Shown here piece after piece: positions 1 through 10,500 of a stretch of 64,000 bases of DNA. Both the position numbers and the translations under genes were made by a program. Numbering within the stretch: the first letter of the stretch is position 1; every line of letters begins with the position of its first letter. Source of the stretch: Balanoglossus misakiensis (Eukaryota; Animalia; Hemichordata); assembly GCA_040954595.2 (NCBI GenBank), contig CM082583.2:13674528-13738527 (forward strand), written 5' to 3'. A model generated the notes under the pieces. The model did not search any database. It had not been told where the DNA came from and saw only the letters and a list, made by a program, of their open reading frames with translations.

Positions 1-1360
1 TACAATGCAATTCATTTCTCTGAAAATCATGGCAAATACCTTTGTTAATGATTTTCATTTTAAAAAGTTGTAATTTACATAGTTGAATGAAAAATAGCAG
101 CTTCTCGTACTTAAAATAATAATAGGTTATTTGAAGGGGCCTAAAATGAAACTACATAACTGTACTTTTTGACGTGGCTTTGATCATCATGGACTGCAAT
201 ACATTACCTACCAGTAGTTCTGATATTAAGACTGAGCCGTGAAAATGAAAACATAACTATACTTACAGATCAATTTTGTTCTCATGTGAGTGAAGTGCCT
301 CAACACTGTCCTGTAGTCTTGAAAATTATATCTGGCACCATACCAACAAATGTGAGGGGCATTTTAGAGGTTATAGTTGCAAATTATGTTGCGTGTTCTG
401 CACTCACAAAAAACTTCTTGAAATTGTCTTTAAAACTTTTGTATGATATTCTTCTGTGTTGTACTTAAGAAGAACGCTGCATGTTGCCATAGCAGACAAA
501 ACAGACCGCCATAAATTTGAAAAGGATATGAAATTCATGTTGTTGTCCTTGTCCTTGACATCAATTTTTATTAATTAACTGGTGAACTATGTGTCTTCTT
601 TTAACCTTTAGTGATAATCAAAAGATTGTCATGAATAACAAGAGGCTGTTTTCAAATGTGTGTGGATTTATGTATGCTCTTATCAAAGTAAATGGACAGA
701 ATGTACTGTCTCTGATGAAGGATTAAATGTGTTATGTAAGACCACACCCAACCTACCAGCCCTAGACATTTTAGATTTACACTTAAAAAATTGAAACCTA
801 ACAATTGTTAGCCTACTTGTTTGACAAGAGTTGTCCTAAGACGAATTATGCTATTCACATCAAAACATGGTTAAATACTATTACTGACCAGACTACATTA
901 CGAGAAAGATTGTGTTAATAAAGGTTACATTTCTATTATTAAAGATGAAAGAAGTTCAGTCCACAAAATCTGAATATATGCATGGTACATTTAGATGAAA
1001 TTAATGTGGTTGTTATTTGTACGTCAGTTGGTTTTAAGTTCATTTTGTCATATTTCTGATTTATGTTTCGTGTTCCTTTAGGCTGGTTACCCTGAGGTTA
1101 TCTGAAAAGTAAAAAAAAGATACATAGTTGAAAAGTGTGCTATAACGAGAATTCAATACAGAAATGTCAAATTACTTACTGTGTTTAACAACTTTGTATA
1201 GTACATATCAATGATTTTTGATACATGTATCTTGTATTTTTAATTTTCTGCTTATAGCGATGAAATGTTCTAAGACTTGCTTCTTTTAAATTTCATATTA
1301 CTCCACACAATTTTAAAACATCAATGTTAAAGAAGTTTTGACCTGTTTTTGTATATGTAG

Positions 1361-1550
1361 TTAAAGGGACAAAGTCTCTCTCTCACTGCCCCTTTTTCCA
1401 TTAATGATGTTTGATACAAGATACCATTTGTGTTATTTTACATGTAGATATAGTGAATCAACGTTTGACCACACACGACTTCCACCCTGTTTGTAGACAC
1501 GAGAGTAAAAAACTCGCCAAAATGAATAATCAGTGTTTTACCGTTTATTC
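1361..1550 (+). mobile_element. Truncated non-autonomous DNA transposon (MITE), TTAA-AGGG terminus, Kolobok-like; left half only
   Basis: Starts TTAAAGGGACAAAGTCT and aligns along its length with the insertion at 16489-16794 (shared TTGATACAAGA, ACCACAC, AAAAAACTCGCCAAAATGAATAATC). A TTAA target followed by purines is typical of Kolobok elements; the family call is inference. Confidence 0.7.
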
Positions 1551-2779
1551 GAGCATGAGCTTCAAGTGTATACATGGACAAGTGTGTGTTGTTGTGTGAT
1601 GCTGGTAAACGTAAATGTGGTCGCCCACAACCCCGGCCCACAACTCACAGAGCACGGAAAACTGCAGGTCAGATAAAAAACAATTCTCAGAAATTTAACG
1701 TTGCAATGGAATCTGAAATACTCCTTGAGGCTGGAAGCCAACGGTCGGGTCGCAAGTTCCTGGTCGTGGTAGAGTCTTGTGTGTGTGTGCACGTATATTC
1801 AGTGGGTCGAGATCTATAGCACGTTCGCCTACATGTACTCAGATTCATGCTGATGTTTCAAGGCAGACTTCACACTGTGATTTTACACTTCTTGCCACTG
1901 AGACAGGTTCAAAATGGCGGCTAGTTCAAATTACGCTTAGGGCCAGACGTAAACAATGTCATGGCGTAAAGGACAAAAGCTTGGTTCGTGGTATTCTTCA
2001 AGCCATGTGTGGTCATCATATGAGTTACTTATTGATTTGGAGTACATATTTAATGGATTTTGATGTGAAAAGAGAGAGACTTTATTCCATTAATTGGAAA
2101 GTAGTTTGAATTCTGTAGGACATTCATTTCATTTGTAAATGTAATCAGGTTATTATGCCATTTTCCTAAACACACCCACCCACTCTTAAATTTGCATTTT
2201 TCCTGATTAGTGTTTGCTGATTTACCCGCCGTACATTGATTAGAGTTGATTTCAATTCATATTTTTCATGCATAGACTAACAAAATTCTGCTTATCATCA
2301 CCATGGCACTTTGCTCTTCTACTGTAATGATATACTCTGATGAATGAAGGTGCTTTGAGACCTCCCTGATCTTGATCAACATGTTACAGCAAATTAGACA
2401 TTTTTGTGGCATAAGCTGCATGTAATCATCTGGTACAATATTTTTGTTTTAATGTATACGTAAGTAATTGGAAATGTTGTATGATAAAGTGTGAAATATC
2501 AGTTCTATTTTTAAAGTTGAACAAATTTGTATTCAAGAGTTTAAATGTAAATACTATCTATGCAAATGAAATCTTTTAAAGAAGAATCCCAGAGAGTAAT
2601 TTAAGTTTTGTTGTGGCTGTTATGATAGTCATAAGTTTTTGTTTAATGAAGATCATAAAAGCAATGTGAAACTAAATAAAACAACAAAGCTATGGTAAAT
2701 GTCCTCGATAATTTGATTTCTAGGTTTTGTTATAATTCTGTTTGGATCGCTATATCCCATAATTGGTCACCTGAACTGT

Positions 2780-2907
2780 CAATCTGATTAAAATCAGATG
2801 TAGGGAACGGCGACTTGGTTTTTTTATGTTGTCGCCTCACACTAGTGTGAGGCGACAACATAAAAAAACCAAGTCGCCGTTCCCTACATCTGATTTTAAT
2901 CAGATTG
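2780..2907. mobile_element. 128-bp perfectly palindromic MITE with 9-bp target-site duplication
   Basis: Two 64-bp arms are exact reverse complements centred on ACTAGT (2841-2846). CTGAACTGT flanks it directly at 2771-2779 and 2908-2916. Confidence 0.9.
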
Positions 2908-3071
2908 CTGAACTGTATGGTAAACTTTGAATTCTTTCTAAAAAAAAAACTTGTACAGTCACTATCACATAGGGACATATGTAATCAAGTTTGTTTATAA
3001 TCCTTGATCCACGTTTGACATTGTGGTTACTGTTGAATTGAGAACTTCTTGGTAATTATAGGGACTCGTAT

Positions 3072-3199
3072 TAGTCTCGGTTACCCAGACCCCCCCCCCC
3101 CCCCCCTGCTTCTTCCGTTGGGCACTCCAGAAAGAAAAAAAACTCCTCTTTCTGGAGTGCCCAACGGAAGAAGCAGAGGGCTCTGGGTAACCGAGACTA
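3072..3199. mobile_element. 128-bp MITE with TAG...CTA termini and 10-bp TSD (Academ/AcademH-like)
   Basis: TIRs TAGTCTCGGTTACCCAGA / TCTGGGTAACCGAGACTA; inner inverted repeat CTGCTTCTTCCGTTGGGCACTCCAGAAAGA / TCTTTCTGGAGTGCCCAACGGAAGAAGCAG; TSD GGACTCGTAT at 3062-3071 and 3200-3209. Superfamily call rests on terminus and TSD length only. Confidence 0.85.
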
Positions 3200-3469
3200 G
3201 GACTCGTATAAGTACCGGTACTTGTTCGAGTATGCCAAGTCCCCACCACCCAATTCCAAAACAGAGTGCCCACCCCCACCCGGTTGAAGAAACTGACCAG
3301 GCCCTTAACTTCATATTTTTAATAATTTTTTTCAATGTTTACTCAAGTCCGATCTTTAAAGTGCAATTATTTTCGGAAATGGAAAAATCTCATCTATAAC
3401 ATATTGGAGAACTGATCTCAAAACTATACAAATAGAGTTGCTGAGTTGGTTGCTGCAAAGGCTCGATGT

Positions 3470-4240
3470 AGTTACTTGCGGCTTCTGGCCGTTGGTGGCG
3501 TCCCGTTGCACAGGTGAGACGCTGTGATCACCTAATGCAGCGCTAGCGCGGCATCTAGGGTCGCGACTTATCGAGGGCCCACTGCACCTGTGCTACGAGC
3601 TCATCCACGTGTTTAAACGCAAATAGCGCAGAACGACTCGGACTATCAAAAGAACAACAGCCTACATGATTTTGCCTGACAAGCTACGGGAATCTCTACA
3701 GACCGGAACACAACATAAAAAACATAGTATCTACCAGGTAAGCAGCCAGTATTTTCTACAATTACCGCTGCACTGTGACTTTTCGACCCTAGTTGGGAAA
3801 GGTGAAGAACTCCGTAATAATTTTAGCCAATTTTCGAGAGAGAGTAGTCGGGGTACTTGCTATTGTTCCAAGTTGCGACATGATTTTCCGCTTGCAACGT
3901 GGCGCGGACGCCCAAGTGCTTTCGGTTTTCAACACTTGCACCAATTAAATCGCCTTTTCGTTAGTTTTTTTTTGTCTGGTTGGAGAACAAGTGGTATGTA
4001 GTCGAGAGAAAACTAGGAGCTGTTGCGGTAATATTGATTGAAGTTGGAATGCTGGGGGCAAGTTCAATAAATGATGTTAGGGGAGATTTTCCGGATTTTG
4101 CGCACATTTTCTAGCCCGTTTATTACTGCATGTTTGCGTGTAACAAAATCCGCCTTCAATTTCGAAACTTCGCTAGTTTTTTGGTTTCAAAACATCGCGC
4201 AGAACTGAATTTGACTCTTCCGACCAGCGCGGCAATTGGT
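3470..4240. promoter_or_regulatory. CpG-enriched island; possible promoter/first exon or transposon interior
   Basis: Visibly more GC- and CpG-rich than the flanks, with a consensus-like splice donor CAG|GTAAGC at ~3735-3743. No convincing ORF. Confidence 0.2.
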
Positions 4241-5858
4241 TGGTGTTGAAACTGTTTAAACATTTGCGTGTCGATAATATTAATATTAGGTGTCACATTA
4301 TATTACTCTGTATTCTTGTGGGTTCTATTATATGGTGACATTTCTTTCAAAATTAAAACTGACGGGAATACTTAACTTATTTCATAATTGAAAATCTTCT
4401 GTCTTTTCCCACTCCCATGATAGCATGAAAAAAGCAACGCTGCTGAACACTGTAGAAAGGTACCATCGTTTGAATTCGTAAGGAAAAAACTTTCCTTTAG
4501 TCGGTAGGTTGAAATACATCGTAAGAATATATTTTAGTCTGTGACTGGAACAAAGCACAACACAATAGGAAATGATGTTCATCTTCGTTTCCGTTACTGT
4601 CATACAACAAGCAAATCATTTCGTTTTTATCTACGCTGTGCTTTCTATCTGTTATCAAAAATGTTCATGAAATGCTGCATGAAAAAAACATCTTCCTAAA
4701 ATCACAATTTCGTCACCATAATTATTTTCAAAAAGATCATTTTGTAGTTCAAAGATGCCATATAATATCCAAATTTTAATTACAAGTGATATATGTAACC
4801 AAAAAGGGAGGTTAAAAAACGGGGGTCCCCACACCCGTTTTCCTGTAAACCCACAAAATGTTGTTTATACTATAATATTGCATATAGTTCTACATATCCA
4901 ACCGATAGAGGGTGCTGTTTAATATTAGGATGCCCGCAACGTACCTTAAGTACAATAATGCTTGTTTTGTTATAAGTTAAATTTGGTCAACTATTTAACA
5001 CAGAATTTTGCCGTATATACTGTAAACACTGAGGACTTTTTTCGCGACAGTAAATTTTCGCGATATCAAAAGAGGAGACTGTTACGCGACGATTAATTTT
5101 TCGCGTTCGTATATTTCACTAACTGCATCGTTATCTCTGTAAAACTTCCATTCTACGATGATTTGTCGCATTAGTAGCACGATTCTTGGCTGCAAACCTT
5201 GATGTTCAAACAAATTGTGCAATATATATCAAAGTCATGAAACCGCAACCATTTTAATGCGTACGTGTGTTGGTCTGTTTACCAGAGTGTGCATGAATAC
5301 AGCCGACCTGGTGTGTTGCATTTCACGATGTACGTAAACCACACATGTTTATTCGCGACTTCAGGCATTTAGGTTTCCATGGCATTGCAGTAATGGACTC
5401 CACTCTTCAATTCTACTAAGGCATGTTTTTATAGATCCGTATTCAATTTGAGTGTGTTTTATCATAGACCATGTAGGGTCCATGATCGCAGATGAAGATA
5501 TCCGGATGCCAAATAAAGAGAAGACACAGGTTTTTAGTCAGCATTTTAAGAGATTATAATGAGAATGAATGGATTGCGTTCTGTCCAGTTTTCTCTTAAA
5601 GCGACAAAATCGCTTTTTGTCCTGTCAAAGATATCAAGTATACATTGATTACTCGTATTATGTTTGTGTTAAAAATTGATGTTGATTTGTAACCATCATT
5701 TTCTGTCATACAAAATCAATCTCTAAACGGTCAAAAATGAGTGAATTTTGCTCCTTAATCTGTTGATCCAGTGAAGATTATGGCACTGACATTGACTTTC
5801 CGTATGCGTTCCCTTGATCACACTGGTTACTTGTGCAGAATTTCAATTATGTTAATTA

Positions 5859-6470
5859 GCACACTTGTCTACTATCACAGTTGAAGAGCTTCCCAATTGT
5901 TGCAGCCATTGGGAAAACTTCATGACAAGAAGGATTCAGATTAGGACACAGTAAGAATTTTCATACACATACATACATACATACATACATACATACATAC
6001 ATACATACATACATACATACATACATACATACATACATACATACATACATACATACATACATACATACATACATACATACATACATACATACATGCATGC
6101 ATGCATGCATGCATGCATGCATGCATGCATGCATGCATGCATGCATGCATGCATGCATGCATGCATGCATGCATGCATGCATACATACATACATACATAC
6201 ATACATACATACATACATACATACATACATACATACATACATACATACATACATACATACATACATACATACATACATACATACATACATACATACATAC
6301 ATACATACATACATACATACATACATACATACATACATACATACATACATACATACATACATACATGCATGCATGCATGCATGCATGCATGCATGCATGC
6401 ATACATACATACATACATACATACATACATACATACATACATACATACATACATACATACATACATACAT
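5859..6470 (+). mobile_element. Microsatellite-tailed element fragment (~100-bp body plus (CATA)n), possible 3' end of a LINE/SINE
   Basis: Body 5859-5961 matches the reverse complement of 7319-7422 (CATTGGGA.AACTTCATGACAAGA core). Both copies run into a (CATA)n tail. Confidence 0.5.
5962..6470. repeat. Compound microsatellite (CATA)n-(CATG)n-(CATA)n-(CATG)n-(CATA)n
   Basis: Directly visible; CATG blocks at ~6092-6182 and ~6364-6402. Confidence 0.99.
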
Positions 6471-6943
6471 GAACATGTGCATTTAATGTGTGTTAAAACA
6501 GAGAGAACAAGTCTGTAACCACTTAACTCAACTATGCTTATTTAACTGTAGCCTAAATGTCCATATGATTCAGTAATTCTAAAAATTACATGTATGCATT
6601 GAGGAAATTTTGTTTAGTGAATTGTGCAGTCAAAGCAAATTGATTCAATCTAGAAAACTGTTTGTGCCATTTCAGCCATTTTTTCTAACTTCAATATTAA
6701 CGTACTAACACACCATTAACTAACTATAACAACTAATACTTTGGCTGGAGTGGTATAAGCAGGCTATGAGAAACTTGTATTCTTGTGACTATTTCTATTT
6801 TTCATAATGAGCCAGTTAGAAGTATACAGATGAAATTAAGTATTGTATTCTAATTCAATTTAAATTAGCCGTATTTCCCAAAACCTGAAAGTGAAGGTTA
6901 GGAAAATTACTCATTTCAAATTTTAGGGTACAGAATTGTTCTC

Positions 6944-7318
6944 TATGTATGTATGTATGTATGTATGTATGTATGTATGTATGTATGTATGTATGTATGT
7001 ATGTATGTATGTATGTATGTATGTATGTATGTATGTATGTATGTATGTATGTATGTATGTATGTATGTATGTATGCATGTATGCATGTATGCATGTATGC
7101 ATGTATGCATGTATGCATGTATGCATGTATGCATGCATGCATGTATGTATGTAATGTATGCATGTATGTATGTATGTAATGTATGCATGTATGTATGTAT
7201 GTAATGTATGCATGTATGTATGTAATGTATGCATATATGTATGTAATGTATGCATGTATGTATGTAATGTATGCATGTATGTATGTAATGTATGCATGTA
7301 TGTAATGTATGTGTATGT
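6944..7318. repeat. (TATG)n microsatellite grading into 8-bp (TATGCATG)n and 21-bp units
   Basis: Directly visible; the 21-bp unit GTAATGTATGCATGTATGTAT starts at 7201, 7222, 7243 and 7264. Confidence 0.98.
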
Positions 7319-7422
7319 GAATTCCTATTGTATCCTTGTCCGAATTTTATCTTGTCATGAAGTTCTCCCAATGTCTACAATAGTTGAGAAGCTTTCCAAC
7401 CGTGGTGGTAGATAAGTTTAGC
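6944..7422 (-). mobile_element. Second, inverted copy of the microsatellite-tailed element
   Basis: The reverse complement of 7319-7422 aligns with 5859-5961 and is followed by (CATA)n on the minus strand. Confidence 0.5.
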
Positions 7423-7529
7423 AAATGTTTTGGTAATTGTTTACTAGTGTGCTATAATATAACCGAAACTAACAATATTGAAGTATAATTGCTTTAAGTT
7501 AAGCAGGAAGGATGGCGACAAAATTCCAA

Positions 7530-10500
7530 ATGATGCCAATGGTAGAAGTGGACAAGGACTTGGTCTTCCAGTCAGCCAATAAAGTACTTGCATGATGATG
7601 GCAGATGAAGCAAGGTCAAGCATGAAAACTGATATTTAATTTCTAAATGGTGCCAACGGTAGAAGTGGACAAGGACTTGGTCTTGCAGTCAGCCAATAAA
7701 CAACTTGCATGATGGCAGATGAAGATATATGGATGTCAAATGAAGAAAACGTACAGGTTTGCAGTCAACAACTGTATATAGTATTGGAACAAATTCACAC
7801 TTAACTCGTTGAATCAATTTTATAAAATATGTCACCACTTTGTTCATTGATCATGGATATTTTTTTCTGTTTTGTTAGAATATGGCGAAGAGTGCAGGCT
7901 GATGTTTTTTATCCAGATGTTGCCATTGGTAGAAGTGGACAAGGACTTGGTCTTGCTTTCACCCAATACCCTCTGCATAATAGCAGATGAAGATATTTGG
8001 ATGTCAAATTAAGAAAACATACAGGTTTGCAGTCAACATTTTAAGAGTGTATATAGTATTGGAACAAATACAAACTTAACTGATTGAATCAAATTATGCA
8101 ATTTTTCGCCAATTTGTTCATTAATCATGGATACAATTTTTCTGTTCTTTTGTTAGAATAAAGCGAAGAGTGCAGGCTGATGTTTTTATCGAGATATTGC
8201 CAATGGTAGAAGTGGACAAGGACTTGGTCTTGCACTCACCCCATAAACTATTTGCATGATGGCAGATGAACATATCTGGTTGTCAAATGAAGAAAATATA
8301 AAGGTTTGTAGTCAACATTTCAAGAGTGCGTATAGTATTGGAACACATCCAAATTTAACTCATTGAATCAATTTATACAATCTTTCGCCAATTTGTTCAT
8401 TAATCATGGATAAAAAAATTCTGTTCTTTTGTTAGAATATGGCGAAGAGTGCAGGCTGATGTTTTTATCCAGATATTGCCAATGGTAGAAGTGGACAAGG
8501 ACTTGGTCTTGCACTCACCCCATAAACTATTTGCATGATGGCAGATGAACATATCTGGTTGTCAAATGAAGAAAATATAAAGGTTTGTAGTCAACATTTC
8601 AAGAGTGCGTATAGTATTGGAACACATCCAAATTTAACTCATTGAATCAATTTATACAATCTTTCGCCAATTTGTTCATTAATCATGGATAAAAAAATTC
8701 TGTTCTTTTGTTAGAATATGGCGAAGAGTGCAGGCTGATGTTTTTATCCAGATATTGCCAATGGTAGAAGTGGACAAGGACTTGGTCTTGCACTCACCCC
8801 ATAAACTATTTGCATGATGGCAGATGAACATATCTGGTTGTCAAATGAAGAAAATATAAAGGTTTGTAGTCAACATTTTAAGAGTGCTTATAGTATTGGA
8901 ACACATCCAAATTTAACTCATTGAATCAATTTATACAATCTTTCGCCAATTTGTTCATTAATCATGGATCAAATTTTTCTGTTCTTTTGTTAGAATATGG
9001 CGAAGAGTGCAGGCTGATGTTTTTATGCAGATATTGCCAATGGTAGAAGTGGACAAGGACTTGGTCTTGCACTCACCCCATAAACTATTTGCATGATGGC
9101 AGATGAACATATCTGGTTGTCAAATGAAGAAAATATAAAGGTTTGTAGTCAACATTTTAAGAGTGTATATAGTATTGGAACACATCCAAATTTAACTCAT
9201 TGAATCAATTTATACAATCTTTCGCCAATTTGTTCATTAATCATGAATAATTTTTTTCTGTCCTTTTGTTAGAATATGGCGAAGAGTGCAGGCTGATGTT
9301 TTTATCCAGATATTGCCAATGGTAGAAGTGGACAAGGACTTGGTCTTACACTCACCCCATAAACTATTTGCATGATGGCAGATGAACATATCTGGTTGTC
9401 AAATGAAGAAAATATAAAGGTTTGTAGTCAACATTTCAAGAGTGCGTATAGTATTGGAACACATCCAAATTTAACTCATTGAATCAATTTATACAATCTT
9501 TCGCCAATTTGTTCATTAATCATGGATAAAAAAATTCTGTTCTTTTGTTAGAATATGGCGAAGAGTGCAGGCTGATGTTTTTATCCAGATATTGCCAATG
9601 GTAGAAGTGGACAAGGACTTGGTCTTGCACTCACCCCATAAACTATTTGCATGATGGCAGATGAACATATCTGGTTGTCAAATGAAGAAAATATAAAGGT
9701 TTGTAGTCAACATTTTAAGAGTGCTTATAGTATTGGAACACATCCAAATTTAACTCATTGAATCAATTTATACAATCTTTCGCCAATTTGTTCATTAATC
9801 ATGGATCAAATTTTTCTGTTCTTTTGTTAGAATATGGCGAAGAGTGCAGGCTGATGTTTTTATGCAGATATTGCCAATGGTAGAAGTGGACAAGGACTTG
9901 GTCTTGCACTCACCCCATAAACTATTTGCATGATGGCAGATGAACATATCTGGTTGTCAAATGAAGAAAATATAAAGGTTTGTAGTCAACATTTTAAGAG
10001 TGTATATAGTATTGGAACACATCCAAATTTAACTCATTGAATCAATTTATACAATCTTTCGCCAATTTGTTCATTAATCATGGATCAAATTTTTCTGTTC
10101 TTTTGTTAGAATATGGCGAAGAGTGCAGGCTGATGTTTTTATCCAGATATTGCCAATGGTAGAAGTGGACAAGGACTTGGTCTTGCACTCACCCCATAAA
10201 CTATTTGCATGATGGCAGATGAACATATCTGGTTGTCAAATGAAGAAAATATAAAGGTTTGTAGTCAACATTTTAAGAGTGTATATAGTATTGGAACACA
10301 TCCAAATTTATCTCATTGAATCAATTTATGCAATCTTTCGCCAATTTGTTCATTAATCATGGATCAAATTTTTCTGTTCTTTTTTTAGAATATGGCGAAG
10401 AGTGCAGGCTGATGTTTTTATCCAGATATTGCCAATGGTAGAAGTGGACAAGGACTTGGTCTTTCAGTCACCCCATAAACTATTTGCATGATGGCAGATG

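Larger units (their letters stand above)
5481..7360 (+). repeat. Composite segment copy 1 (direct repeat of 20856-21948)
   Basis: Collinear shared blocks: GCAGATGAAG, CATTTTAAGAG.TTATAATGAGAATGAA, TCAAGTATACATTGA, GACATTGACTTTCC, GATTCAGATTAGGACACAGTA, TTTAACTGTAGCCTAAATGTCCATA, AACAACTAATACTTTGGCTGGA, AATTCAATTTAAATTAGC, (TATG)n, TCCTTGTCCGAATTTTA.CTTGTCATG. Confidence 0.9.

Noticed and set aside
1735-1775. tRNA/SINE B-box-like GGTCGCAAGTTCCTGGTCG
   Set aside because: No A-box, no cloverleaf and an incomplete T-loop.
286-4603. Short ORFs of 60-116 aa in the unique region
   Set aside because: No recognisable domains; several overlap MITEs. Small spliced exons cannot be excluded without RNA data.
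4926-5110. Possible transposon termini (...CAACGTACCTTAA at 4949; TACTGTAAAC...TTTTCGCG from 5018)
   Set aside because: They resemble DNA transposon ends, but I could not find partner inverted repeats or TSDs in the window.
5936-7415. ORFs of MYVC/HTYI/MHAC repeats (also 21611-21887)
   Set aside because: Translations of (CATA)n/(CATG)n microsatellites, open in several frames on both strands.
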